Counted from the first letter of the stretch, positions 39,255 to 49,035 are shown. The stretch is 64,000 bases of DNA from Polyangiales bacterium (GCA_038231275.1 JBBRLQ010000018.1:1-64000), one strand, 5' to 3'. Made by a program: numbers and translations. The notes: generated by a model not told the origin, from the letters alone.

Positions 39255-40616
39255 TCAGCGAAAGCCGTACTTCTGGGCGAGCTGGTGCAAGTACATCCGG
39301 TCCATTTTCGCCGCACGCGCAGCCTTGCTGACGTTGCCTTCGCAGCGCGACAGTAGCGGCCCGAGGTACGCGCGCTCGAACGCGGCGACGGCCGCCTCCT
39401 TCGCCACACGGAAGGGCACGGTCTCGCCGTCTCCGTCCATCGCGTCCATCGTCGGCGACGCGCCGCTGCGGGGCGCAGGAACCTCACCGACGCCGACGAC
39501 CAGGCTCCGTTCGACGTAGTTCTTGAGCTCTCGCACGTTGCCGGGCCAGTCGTGACGCGACAGCTTCTCCACGACGTCCGGCGAGAACATCGGATCACCG
39601 TCGGTCCGGCCCATCGCGGCGAGGAAGCTGTCCACGAGGAGCGGGATGTCGCCGGGACGATCGCGCAGCGGGGGAAGGCGCACGCTCATCTTGGCGAGGC
39701 GGTAGTAGAGATCCTCGCGGAAGCGTCCGCGGTTCACCTCGCGCTCGAGGTCGCGGTTCGTGGCGGCGATGACACGGACGTCGACGCGCTGCGGGTGCGT
39801 CGCGCCGACCGGCCGCACCTCACGGGCCTCGAGGGCGCGGAGGAGCTTCGGCTGGAGATCGGGCGCGAGCTCACCGACCTCGTCGAGGAAGAGCGTGCCG
39901 CCGCTCGCCTCTTGGAACGCGCCGAGACGATCGCGATCGGCGCCGGTGAACGCGCCGCGGACGTGGCCGAACAGCTCGCTCTCCACGAGCGACGGCGAAA
40001 TAGCGCTGCAGTCCACGACCACCACGGGCCCCTCGGCGCGCGCGCTGCGTTGCACGAGCTCGGTCGCGACGAGCTCCTTTCCGGTCCCGCTCTCGCCGTG
40101 CAAGAGCACGTCGATGTCGCTCGCCGCCACGCGCTCGAGCAGCGCGTAGAGCCGCTGCATGACCGCGCTGCCGCCGACGAGCCCTCCGAACGCGTGCGCC
40201 CTTGCCACGCGGACGACGCGCCGGCTGGTCGGCTGGATGCAGACCTCCGAGTCGCCGAGCACGATCGTCGCGTCGGCCCCCACCTCGGCGACCAGCACCT
40301 TCACGCCGTCGAGGCGCGTTGCGTTCTTCGACCCGGTGTCCGTGATGAGCCACGCGCACCCGTCCGTCGCCCGCGTGATCCGGCAGTGGAAGCGCGAGAC
40401 GGTGGGATCGTCGAGGACCAGATCGTTCGACGGGTGCGAGCCGATGCTGCACACGTCTCCGTCGAACGTCCGAGTCTCGTGCGCGTCCTTGCCTGCGATC
40501 CGGCGCACCGCGATTTGCAGGTTCGGCAGCTCCACCTGCGCGAGCGCGGCGTCGCCGAGCAGCGGATTTCGGTGTTTGGTGCGCGTGACCGCCGGGTCAT
40601 CGAACTCGTCGCTCAT
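39255..40616 (-). CDS. FHA-domain sigma54-dependent enhancer-binding protein
   Basis: FHA (IGS..SND...VSRFH...SKNAT), [24 protein letters not shown], Fis HTH. Confidence 0.95.
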   Translation of the reverse strand: MSDEFDDPAVTRTKHRNPLLGDAALAQVELPNLQIAVRRIAGKDAHETRTFDGDVCSIGSHPSNDLVLDDPTVSRFHCRITRATDGCAWLITDTGSKNATRLDGVKVLVAEVGADATIVLGDSEVCIQPTSRRVVRVARAHAFGGLVGGSAVMQRLYALLERVAASDIDVLLHGESGTGKELVATELVQRSARAEGPVVVVDCSAISPSLVESELFGHVRGAFTGADRDRLGAFQEASGGTLFLDEVGELAPDLQPKLLRALEAREVRPVGATHPQRVDVRVIAATNRDLEREVNRGRFREDLYYRLAKMSVRLPPLRDRPGDIPLLVDSFLAAMGRTDGDPMFSPDVVEKLSRHDWPGNVRELKNYVERSLVVGVGEVPAPRSGASPTMDAMDGDGETVPFRVAKEAAVAAFERAYLGPLLSRCEGNVSKAARAAKMDRMYLHQLAQKYGFR

Positions 40617-40707
40617 CGCGCAGTGAGACTACCGTCCCAATGGCCACCCGCCAGGACGAAGCGCCGCGCACGTTTCGCGCGCACCGGGGCAGTGGTGCGA
40701 CGATTCT

Positions 40708-41295
40708 TCAGTCGTCGACGACGAGCTCCGCGCCCCACGGCGCGGTCGGCCACACCTCGGCGCGCAGGCGCGGAAGGTTCCGCTTCACGCGCCCCGTCTC
40801 GTTGGGATCGGTGACGCCGCTCCGCTGCTGCCACGAGTGCATCCCGACCTCGAACACCTGGGCCATGTGCTCCCAGCTCGTGTGCGTCGACTGCAGCGTC
40901 TTGCAGATGCGCGCCGCCTCGGTCCAGCACTCGTCCAGATCGATGTACCCCGCGGCGACACCGATCCTCAGAAGATCGAGCGCTCGGACGAGATCCCAGG
41001 CAGGGACGCCGGTGGTGCCGCTCTTCAAGTCGGTGATGACCGCGCGGAAGGCTCCGACATGCGTGGCGCCGTACCAGCTGGAGAGCGAGCTCACCGCGCG
41101 CTCGCGGGCCCATGCGCCGCTGTCGTCGCCGCCGGTCCACAGCCCGTAGGCGCCGCGCGCCCATTTGGGGATGCGCTCCTTCTTCTTCTTCGAGATCGTC
41201 ATCGTGACGATCGCGATCACGATACCAATCAGGACGACCGCACCGCCCGCGACCGGAATCAAGAAACCAGGGCTCAGGACGTCGTCGAGATCCAC
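40708..41295 (-). CDS. DUF1266-like membrane-anchored protein
   Basis: TM followed by KKKK; AWDLVRA...AAGYI...ECW...SWE. Confidence 0.7.
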   Translation of the reverse strand: MDLDDVLSPGFLIPVAGGAVVLIGIVIAIVTMTISKKKKERIPKWARGAYGLWTGGDDSGAWARERAVSSLSSWYGATHVGAFRAVITDLKSGTTGVPAWDLVRALDLLRIGVAAGYIDLDECWTEAARICKTLQSTHTSWEHMAQVFEVGMHSWQQRSGVTDPNETGRVKRNLPRLRAEVWPTAPWGAELVVDD

Positions 41296-41344
41296 GCGCG
41301 TTCGTTCCTTTCGAGGGGAACGAAAAAGGTAGCGGCCCTCGCGG

Positions 41345-41965
41345 TCAACGACCAGCCGCGCTCGCGTCGCCTGCGTCCATTTGCGGGGATTGTGCACGCA
41401 ATGCACGAAGGCGCTCGCACGCGAGGCCCGCGCCTTTCTGGCAGGCGCCGTCGTACAGCGTCGCGGCCATCACGACGTCCTTCGGTACGCCCCGACCGTT
41501 CTCGAGCATGATGGCGTAGTTCGCGCACCCGACCTGGTAGCCGAGGTCGCATCCCTGCTTGTAGAAGCCGGCCGCCTTCGCGTCGTCCTTGTCGACGCCG
41601 TGATGAAACTCGAACATCTGCCCCGCCGACACGCACCCCGCCGCGCTCTTCAGGGTGCAGGCCTTCTCGTAGAACCCGAGCGCCTTCGCGTCGTCCTTCT
41701 GCGTCGCCTTGTTCCCGAACTGAAACGTCGTCCCCAGCCGCCGGCACTGCTCCGCGTCGCCCGCGTTGCACGCCTCGCCGCAGCCGCCCGCGTCCTCGCA
41801 GGTCCCGAACACGTTCGCGATCGTGATCGCTGAGGGGGCCTCTTGGGGATTTCCCTCCATGATCGAGGGAGAGCTCCTCCTCTTGTTGTCGCACCCGACG
41901 AGGAGCGCAGGAACGGACGCCAGCACGAGTAGGACGAGCAGGACGAGCAGGACGGCAGGACGCAT
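41345..41965 (-). CDS. Sel1-like repeat lipoprotein
   Basis: LVGC lipobox; KDDAKA..FY.KAC repeats. Confidence 0.88.
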   Translation of the reverse strand: MRPAVLLVLLVLLVLASVPALLVGCDNKRRSSPSIMEGNPQEAPSAITIANVFGTCEDAGGCGEACNAGDAEQCRRLGTTFQFGNKATQKDDAKALGFYEKACTLKSAAGCVSAGQMFEFHHGVDKDDAKAAGFYKQGCDLGYQVGCANYAIMLENGRGVPKDVVMAATLYDGACQKGAGLACERLRALRAQSPQMDAGDASAAGR

Positions 41966-42020
41966 AGATGCGCGCAAGTCTAGCGGAGTCCGGCGGCTCC
42001 CGCGGCCCAACGCGCGCCGC

Positions 42021-43754
42021 TCACAGAGAGGCCACGAGCACGACCGTGCCGAGCGCGATGCCCGACATGAGCACGTGCGCCACGACGCCTGCGCGCGCGC
42101 ACGCGATCAGGAACGGGACGAGGATCGGCAGGATGTACCGAAAGTCGTTGCTGCAGGCGTACGGAGCTTCGACGCGCAACGCCGCGAGGCTGGCGAGCCA
42201 GAGGACGGCGAGCACGAGCCACGGGGCGTCGCGCCACGCGCTCGAGGCCGTCCAGCGCAGCGAGTGGCGCGGCCTCAGGATCAGGGCCATCAGGCCGAGG
42301 AGGAGAACGCCCCAGGTCCAGCACACGACGCGTTGCACGGTCTCGCCGAAATAGAACTCCCCCGAGAGCGACGAGCGCAGGAGGTAGTTCCAGAAGTTGG
42401 CGCGACCGGTGGCGTCGTCGAACGGGTCGACCCAAGGGCTCCTCACGAATGCGCGGAGGTCCAAGGGTACGAACGTGAGGGGAGTGAGCGGTACACGCAG
42501 CGCCGCCGGCAGCTTCTGGATGTTGCCGATCATCCAGTTCGCGATGTCGCCGTGCAGGTAGTAGTAGATCCGCGTCGCGAAGCTCGCGAGGAGGCCGCCG
42601 AGCATCACGAGGGCGGCCATCCTCGGGGCCGCCCACGCGCGCGCGCTCCTCCATCGCGCGCGGCGCCAAAGACGCAGCGCCACGAGCGCGCTCGCCGCGA
42701 CGACGAGCACGAGCGCGTTGCTCTTGGCGAGGAGCGCGAGCGCGACGAACGCCGCCATGCCCATGAGGTGGGCCCGTCGTCCGCTGCGCCACCAGCGATG
42801 CAGAAACCAAGTGGCCACGGCGGCGGCGGCGTAGAGCGTCGAATCGTTGCCGACGGACACGGCGTTCATGATCCCGGCGGGCCAGAACGCGAGCGCCACC
42901 GTGGCCACGGCCAGGCTCCGCGGCGACCGGTGCAACGTCAGGCGCAACGCACCCGCCGATGCCGCGAGGAAGACCAGCCACAGCGAGAGAGAGAGGAGCT
43001 GCAGGCCCTCGAGGGCGGGGCGACCGAGCCACTGCGTCGCGCGCCACGTGGAGGCGCCGAGGACGTAGTAGAGCGGCGGGTGGTAGAACGTCCAACCGGC
43101 GTCGGGGCGTGGCAAGGCCAGGTGCTCGGCGAGGAAGGTCACGTACGCGACGTGGCGGCCGTCACCCGGAACGTCGTGCGCCCGAACGTTCCACGCGGTC
43201 GCCACCAAGTATCCGCAGAGCGGAGCCAGCGCGGCGACGAGGATCACGATCTGCGCGCGCCTCAGGCGGAACCACGCCGACAAGAGCAGGACCCACGGGA
43301 CGAAGCCCGCGGCGATCACCATCCAGCGCCAACCGAGCAGCGGCCGTATGACGACGCCGCCCGGACCGCCCCCGTTGTCGAGAATGAGCTCCAGCCGGTG
43401 GTCGCCGTCGGGGAGCCACTCCGAGAGATCGAGCGTGAAGCCGACCACGAAGTCGCCCAAGGCTGCTGCGCGCACGCGCCCCAACGGCACGTCGCGTCCG
43501 TCGATGCGCACGGCGCGAAGGCCATCGTCGGGGTAGAATGTCCACCGGCGCGGCGTGAGCCAAGAGGTGTGGACGTCGAGCGCGAGCCGATGTCCAGTGC
43601 CGGCCTCCTCGAAGGTCCACGGCATGGCGACGGGGCCCTCGCGCCCGCTCGCGAGGTGCTGCACGCCGACCATGCGCGGCTCCACGAGGCAGATCGCCAG
43701 AGCGATGGCGCACGCGCAGGCCACCGCCAGCGAGAACGCGCGCAGCAGTCGCAC
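42021..43754 (-). CDS. GT39-like membrane glycosyltransferase with N-terminal periplasmic beta domain
   Basis: HD...HVAY, YHPPLYY, GND, LAKSN, DFRY. Confidence 0.75.
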   Translation of the reverse strand: MRLLRAFSLAVACACAIALAICLVEPRMVGVQHLASGREGPVAMPWTFEEAGTGHRLALDVHTSWLTPRRWTFYPDDGLRAVRIDGRDVPLGRVRAAALGDFVVGFTLDLSEWLPDGDHRLELILDNGGGPGGVVIRPLLGWRWMVIAAGFVPWVLLLSAWFRLRRAQIVILVAALAPLCGYLVATAWNVRAHDVPGDGRHVAYVTFLAEHLALPRPDAGWTFYHPPLYYVLGASTWRATQWLGRPALEGLQLLSLSLWLVFLAASAGALRLTLHRSPRSLAVATVALAFWPAGIMNAVSVGNDSTLYAAAAVATWFLHRWWRSGRRAHLMGMAAFVALALLAKSNALVLVVAASALVALRLWRRARWRSARAWAAPRMAALVMLGGLLASFATRIYYYLHGDIANWMIGNIQKLPAALRVPLTPLTFVPLDLRAFVRSPWVDPFDDATGRANFWNYLLRSSLSGEFYFGETVQRVVCWTWGVLLLGLMALILRPRHSLRWTASSAWRDAPWLVLAVLWLASLAALRVEAPYACSNDFRYILPILVPFLIACARAGVVAHVLMSGIALGTVVLVASL

Positions 43755-43761
43755 GACTACC

Positions 43762-44994
43762 CTAGAACGACCGCAGATCCGTCAAGAGCCGCTTCGAGAT
43801 CACGATGCGCTGGATCTGCCCGGTGCCCTCGAAGATGTCGTAGACCTTGATGTCGCGGAACCACTTCTCGAGGAGCTGGTGGTCCTCGGAGATCGTCCCC
43901 TCGGCGCCGCAGATCTCGATCGCCTCGATGCACGCGCGGATCGCCGCCTGCCCGGCCATCGCCTTGCAGATGCTCGCCTCCTTGGCGTTCTCGAGACCTT
44001 CGTCGGCCATCCACGCCGCGCGCCACGTCACCGCGCGCGCCGCCTCGAGCCCACGCCCGATGCGCGAGAGTCGCTCGGCGATCTGCGCGTACCTCGGCGT
44101 GTGCCGGGAGAGCGCGTAGTTCTCCTTCACGAAGTCGCGCGCGTACTCGTACGCCGCGCGCCCGATCCCAATCGCCATCGAGGCCACGAGCGGTCGCGTG
44201 CTGTCGAAGGTCTTCATGGCGGTCATGAAGCCCTCCTTGGTCACGTAGCGATTTTCGCCGCCGAGCAGGTTCTCCTCCGGCACGCGGCAGTCCTCGAAGA
44301 CGAGCTCCGCCGTCTCGCTCGCGCGGAGACCCATCTTCTCTTCGAGGCGACCGACGCTGAACCCCGGCGTCCCCTTCTCGACGACGAACGCGCGATGCCC
44401 CGCGCGGCCCAGCGTCGGATCGATCGTCGCGAACACCACGTTCCACGACGCCTTCGCGCCGTTCGTGATGTAGCACTTGCGCCCGTTCAGGACCCAGTGC
44501 TTGCCGTCCTTGCGGCAGCTCGTACGAATGCCGGCGACGTCGCTCCCCGCGCCCGGCTCGGTCAGCGCGTAGGCGCCCCAGCGAAGGCCGTTCGAGTAGT
44601 CCTTGAAGATGCCGAAGAAGCGCTCCTTCTGCTCCGTCGTGCCGGACGCGCGCACGGGCGGACCGCCGAGCCCCGGGCCCGGCAAGCAGAGCGGCAGCGC
44701 GGCGTCACCCCACGCCATCTCTTCGCTGGCGATCGACGTGTTCACGTTCGCGGTGTTCTTTTTGGACGGATCCTTGGCCGCCATCTCCTCGCCGGCGCCG
44801 CGCACGCCCTGCGTCATGGTGAGGCCGCTGCCCAGGTTCGACGCGAGCATCGTGAGCTTGAGGAGGAAGTCCTCCGGGATGCCGCCGTTGCGATCCCACG
44901 CGAGGCTCTGCGGACGGATGATGTTCTTTGCCAGCCCGCGGATGGCCTCGCGCGTCTCGTGCTGCCGCGGCGTCAGCTGAAATTCGATGGTCAT
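43762..44994 (-). CDS. Acyl-CoA dehydrogenase (catalytic subunit)
   Basis: ALTEPGAGSD, LNGRKCYITNG, KMGLRAS, RDIKVYDIFEGT. Confidence 0.95.
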   Translation of the reverse strand: MTIEFQLTPRQHETREAIRGLAKNIIRPQSLAWDRNGGIPEDFLLKLTMLASNLGSGLTMTQGVRGAGEEMAAKDPSKKNTANVNTSIASEEMAWGDAALPLCLPGPGLGGPPVRASGTTEQKERFFGIFKDYSNGLRWGAYALTEPGAGSDVAGIRTSCRKDGKHWVLNGRKCYITNGAKASWNVVFATIDPTLGRAGHRAFVVEKGTPGFSVGRLEEKMGLRASETAELVFEDCRVPEENLLGGENRYVTKEGFMTAMKTFDSTRPLVASMAIGIGRAAYEYARDFVKENYALSRHTPRYAQIAERLSRIGRGLEAARAVTWRAAWMADEGLENAKEASICKAMAGQAAIRACIEAIEICGAEGTISEDHQLLEKWFRDIKVYDIFEGTGQIQRIVISKRLLTDLRSF

Positions 44995-45003
44995 GGCGGG
45001 CTC

Positions 45004-46218
45004 CTAGACGAACGTGCTCTGCGACGTGGGGGAGGGAAGCACGAGCGCCGGATCGATCGGGCGCCCGAGCTCGATCGCGGCGGCGAGCTGATCGGCCTGC
45101 TCGGCCGTGAGCGCGCAAACCTGGAGCTGCTTCGCGTCACGCATGAACTTTTCGACAGGGTAGTCGCGGACGAAGCCCGAGCCGCCGTGGAGCTGCACGC
45201 CGTCGTCGCCGCAGCGCATCGCGGCCTCGTGCGCGAAGCTGACGGCCCAGCCCGTGCGCTTGAGCGCGTCCTTCTCGTCCGTCCCGCCGTCCCAAGCGGC
45301 CGCCGCGCGCCACACCAGCGCGCGCGCGGCCTCCACGTCCATCGCGCGATCGGCGAGCGTGAAGGCCACGGCCTGAAAGTGCCCGATGGGCTTTCCGAAC
45401 GCGCGTCGCGAGTCGCAGTAGTCGCGCGTCGTCTCGAACGCCGCGCGCGAGAGCCCGACCCCGCGCGCCGCGACCAGCAGCGCTTGCTTCGCGAAGAAGC
45501 GGATCGTCGCCGCGAGGAAATCCTTCGCGCCGGTGAGCCGATCCGCCTCGCTCACCTTCACGCCGTCGAGCGTGAGGCCGCCGAAGCTCGCCACGTCGAG
45601 GCCGAGCGTCGTCTTGCGCTCCTTTACCGTCAGGCCCGGCGCACCCTTCTTGACGACGAACGCGCCGAGGCCGCTCCACCCCTTGCTCGCGTCGACCTGC
45701 GCGAAGACGACGAACGTGTCCGCGCGATCGGCGGCGACGACGTACGACTTTTCGCCGTCGAGCTTCCATCCCGCGGCGTCCTGCGTGGCGGTGGTCGCGA
45801 GGCCATCGCGGCCCTCCGGCGAACGGCGCTCGCCCCACGCGACCGCGCCGAAGCGCGCGTGCCCGTCGTCGCCCGCGAACGGCTCCAGCAACGCCTTCGC
45901 CTGCTCGGGCGTCCCTAGCTCCGTCAACGCAAGCCCCATCGCGCCCGGACCGCCGAAGCCGAACGCCGCCGCCGGATCACCCCACGCGATCTCTTCTTCC
46001 AAGAGCACCGCCGTCGTGAGGCCGAGCCCTGCGCCGCCCACCGCCTCCGGCAGCGCGACGAGGCCGAGCCCGAGCTCGTGCGCTTGCCTCCGCACCTCCT
46101 CGGGCACGCCGCGCGCCTTCTCGAGCTCGCGCATCGCCGGACGCAGGCGCGCCTTGGCGAACTGCGCCGCGGATTGCTGCATGAGCTTTTGGTCTTCGGT
46201 CGGATCGAAGCTGATCAT
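45004..46218 (-). CDS. Acyl-CoA dehydrogenase-like (degenerate partner subunit)
   Basis: AFGKPIGHFQAV and VQLHGGSGFVRDYPVEKFMRDA are present; the IFEG motif is absent. Confidence 0.9.
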   Translation of the reverse strand: MISFDPTEDQKLMQQSAAQFAKARLRPAMRELEKARGVPEEVRRQAHELGLGLVALPEAVGGAGLGLTTAVLLEEEIAWGDPAAAFGFGGPGAMGLALTELGTPEQAKALLEPFAGDDGHARFGAVAWGERRSPEGRDGLATTATQDAAGWKLDGEKSYVVAADRADTFVVFAQVDASKGWSGLGAFVVKKGAPGLTVKERKTTLGLDVASFGGLTLDGVKVSEADRLTGAKDFLAATIRFFAKQALLVAARGVGLSRAAFETTRDYCDSRRAFGKPIGHFQAVAFTLADRAMDVEAARALVWRAAAAWDGGTDEKDALKRTGWAVSFAHEAAMRCGDDGVQLHGGSGFVRDYPVEKFMRDAKQLQVCALTAEQADQLAAAIELGRPIDPALVLPSPTSQSTFV

Positions 46219-46249
46219 CTCGGTGTTTCCTCGCGGAGGGCTCGAAGCG

Positions 46250-46275
46250 GAATTGTTTTACGTGCGAAACAATTC
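46250..46275. promoter_or_regulatory. Palindromic operator upstream of the ACAD pair
   Basis: GAATTGTTT-N8-AAACAATTC, an AT-rich dyad in a GC-rich genome. Confidence 0.65.
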
Positions 46276-46306
46276 ACGCGCAACCTCGGAAACGCCGAAA
46301 AAGACG

Positions 46307-47398
46307 CTATTTCGTGGGCACATCGAGGAGATCGTCCTTCTTGAAGGAGTACTTTTCCACCTTGGAGGCCTGTCCCCCGCGCGTCACGGCGACGTTCGCG
46401 AACACCGGATTGACGCCCCATCCGCCCTCGAGCGTGGGCGCGTCTTGGAGGTGGACGTGGAGGTGCGGCTCCGTCGTGGTGCCCGAGTTGCCGACGGCGC
46501 CGAGGACCGCCCCTTGCTTCACCTTGGCGCCGGGCTTCACGCGCATCTTGCCGGGCTGGAGGTGCGCATAGACCGCGTAGACCGATCCCGCGTGCTCGAC
46601 GATGATCATGTTGCCGGCGGCGAAGAACGTGTCGATGACGCCGGGCGCGTTCTCGGGAATTCCGTCGACGACCACCGTGACGGTCCCGTCGGCCATCGCG
46701 AGGGCCTCCTTCCCGTAGGCGAGGTAGTCGTCGTTCTTCTTACCGTCGGTCTTGAAGTGCTTGCCGTCTGCGCCCCCGATCACGAGGTCGGCGGCGCGGC
46801 GCTGCTCTCTGTTGGTGTGCGGGTTGTGCTCCGTCGCGTCGCTCGCCCACGCGACGATCCATTTTCCGCGCACCGGCAGCACGAGCGGGATCGTCGAGTC
46901 TTTCACCGGCGGCTGGGGCGGCGGAGGCTCGGTCACCGCGAGGCCAATCACCTGACCGGCGTCGTCGAGGTGAAGCTCCAGGCGCCAGTCGCCGCGCTCG
47001 GCCTTCGCCGCGTACGTCGCGAAGCGCGGATCGCCGTCGTCGTGGGTGCGCATCGTCGACGTGATCGTGCCCTTGCTCGATCGAACCCCCTCGACGAGCT
47101 GCGCGAGCACCGGCGGAGGAAACGTCCCCTTCATCGACGATGAGAACATCGCGTAGAGGCCCGTCGCGTCGCCCGCATTGAGGCGCTTCACCACTTCGTC
47201 TTTCGTCTCCTCGAGGCTCGGCTCGCGCGTGGTCGCCACCGGCGGACCCGCGTCGGCACCCACGCAGCGCGGCGCTGCCGCGACGATCGGCGTCGGCGAC
47301 GTCGCTCCGCCGCACCCCGCGATCACGAGCACGACGAAGGGAACGAGAGCGAGAGAAGAGGAACGAGAAGGAGGAGAGGAAGGAGAGAGGCGACGCAT
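46307..47398 (-). CDS. M23 peptidase lipoprotein with DUF3887-like N-domain
   Basis: IAGC lipobox; H...AAD, YAHLQPG, GNSGTTTEPHLH. Confidence 0.88.
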   Translation of the reverse strand: MRRLSPSSPPSRSSSLALVPFVVLVIAGCGGATSPTPIVAAAPRCVGADAGPPVATTREPSLEETKDEVVKRLNAGDATGLYAMFSSSMKGTFPPPVLAQLVEGVRSSKGTITSTMRTHDDGDPRFATYAAKAERGDWRLELHLDDAGQVIGLAVTEPPPPQPPVKDSTIPLVLPVRGKWIVAWASDATEHNPHTNREQRRAADLVIGGADGKHFKTDGKKNDDYLAYGKEALAMADGTVTVVVDGIPENAPGVIDTFFAAGNMIIVEHAGSVYAVYAHLQPGKMRVKPGAKVKQGAVLGAVGNSGTTTEPHLHVHLQDAPTLEGGWGVNPVFANVAVTRGGQASKVEKYSFKKDDLLDVPTK

Positions 47399-47414
47399 TC
47401 GCGCGAGCGTACAC

Positions 47415-49007
47415 CTACGGCCAAACGAGCGGGCCGCTCGCGGAGGCGTTGCCAGCAAACGTCGGCCACCCGCCCGCGTAGACGATCGGCTCCAAGAGGT
47501 CCCACCGCCCGGCTCCTGCGTTGCGCACGCCGGCGCCGTTGGTGGGCCACGCGTGATGGAAGAAGAAATCCGCGCCGTGCGCGACGACGACCGATCCGTG
47601 GCCGGGGCCGACCCAGTCCGCGTCGTTGTTCAAGATGGGCGCGCCCTTCTTCGCGAAGGGGCCGAGCGGCGATGTGCCCTTCGCGACGCCGGTGCGGTAC
47701 CGCTCGTCGTAGACGTTGCCGCTGTAGAAGAGGAAGTACGTCGCGCCGCGCCGGATGACCCACGGCCCCTCGACGACGCCGCCTTCCCACGTCGCCGGAT
47801 CGTTTCGCAGCACCTCGCGCGGCGACGAGCCCGGCGCGAAATTCATTCCGTCGGCCGTCAGCTCCTGCGCGAGGATCGGCGTCGGCTGGCCCACCGCATT
47901 TCCGTCGAGCTTCCAGTAGAGGTACTGCCGCCCGTCGTCGTCCGCGAAGAAATGCGCGTCGATCGCCCCGAGGTTCGCGTCGCGCACGATCGGCGTCGCC
48001 CTCTGCGTCCACGGACCCGTCGGGCTCGGCGCGGAGGCGGCGCCGATCGCGAGGCGGCCCGTCGTGTCCGACGCCGTGTAGTAGCCGACGTACTGCGTCT
48101 TCGCCTTGTGCAGCTCCGGCGCCCAGTTCCGCCCGCCGTCTCCGGCCCACGGCGCGAGCCCACCCGGGAGGAGCGCGACGCCCGTGCCCTTCCACGTCAC
48201 GAGATCGTTCGACACACGAAGCGGAAAGCTCCCGCCCGTGCACGCCATGTAATAGGTCGCCGGCTCCCCATCGACGCGCATCACGCCCGGATCCGGGCAG
48301 TCCGACGCGATCACCGCGTTCGTGTAGTTGGGCCGCGGCCCCACGCTCGGCGGCGCGGGGACCTTGGGCTTCAGCGCCTCGGTCGGCACGATCTCCTTCG
48401 CCTGGCTCTTGCTGCTCCATGCGAGGGCAATACGTGCACCTTGCATGTATTGAAAATACTCGACGCGCAGATCGTGAGGGTGGCCCGCGGTCAGCGCCAC
48501 GGTCTTCGCGTCGTCCACCGCCGCGTGCACGTCCCAATGATCGACGAGCGGCTTCCCGTCGACCCACACGCGCACCCCGTCGTCGCTCGTCACGGTCAGG
48601 GTGTACGTCTCGCTGAACGTCGGCGTCATCGTGCCGGTCCACCTCACGGAGTAGGCCTCCGTGCGGAGGCCGGGCCCCGGCGCCGCCGTCCACGTGAAAT
48701 CGATCTGCGCGTCGGTGCGGGTCACCTTGCTCGTGGTGAAGTCGTCGAAGTACTCCGCCGCGAGGCCATGCGTGGGCGGGGGAGGAGGAAGAGGAGGAGT
48801 GACCGCTCCGTCCGCCCCAGGCCCGCCGCCGTCCGCGCCCGCCCCATCGTCTTGCCCGCCGTCGTCTCCCGTCGGCGCGGCCCCCGGACCGCCCAACGGA
48901 TTCGCGTCTGAGCCATCCCCTCCGCTGCATGCGACGACCGCACACGCGGCACACGCGAGCACCGCCACAACGCCGCGGGATCTCACGCGATCCATCCTTC
49001 GCCTCAT
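47415..49007 (-). CDS. PA14 + GH43 glycoside hydrolase lipoprotein
   Basis: VVAC lipobox; YSVRWTG, SDDGVRVWVDG; CPDP, NWAPE, AID, VEGP, GPGH; start may be 48995. Confidence 0.9.
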   Translation of the reverse strand: MRRRMDRVRSRGVVAVLACAACAVVACSGGDGSDANPLGGPGAAPTGDDGGQDDGAGADGGGPGADGAVTPPLPPPPPTHGLAAEYFDDFTTSKVTRTDAQIDFTWTAAPGPGLRTEAYSVRWTGTMTPTFSETYTLTVTSDDGVRVWVDGKPLVDHWDVHAAVDDAKTVALTAGHPHDLRVEYFQYMQGARIALAWSSKSQAKEIVPTEALKPKVPAPPSVGPRPNYTNAVIASDCPDPGVMRVDGEPATYYMACTGGSFPLRVSNDLVTWKGTGVALLPGGLAPWAGDGGRNWAPELHKAKTQYVGYYTASDTTGRLAIGAASAPSPTGPWTQRATPIVRDANLGAIDAHFFADDDGRQYLYWKLDGNAVGQPTPILAQELTADGMNFAPGSSPREVLRNDPATWEGGVVEGPWVIRRGATYFLFYSGNVYDERYRTGVAKGTSPLGPFAKKGAPILNNDADWVGPGHGSVVVAHGADFFFHHAWPTNGAGVRNAGAGRWDLLEPIVYAGGWPTFAGNASASGPLVWP

Positions 49008-49019
49008 GCCATCTTCAAC

Positions 49020-49035
49020 TGCACGTGGCGCGCCA
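49020..49035 (-). promoter_or_regulatory. sigma54 promoter of the GH43 gene
   Basis: TGGCGCGCCACGTGCA. Confidence 0.65.

Noticed and set aside
36972..39598. Apparent long N-terminal extensions or fusion of kinase and def in the ORF track
   Set aside because: The two are in different frames; the real starts are best placed at 38525 and 39091.
47340..47390. Purine-only tract
   Set aside because: It encodes the Ser/Pro-rich n-region of the M23 lipoprotein signal; no evidence of another role.
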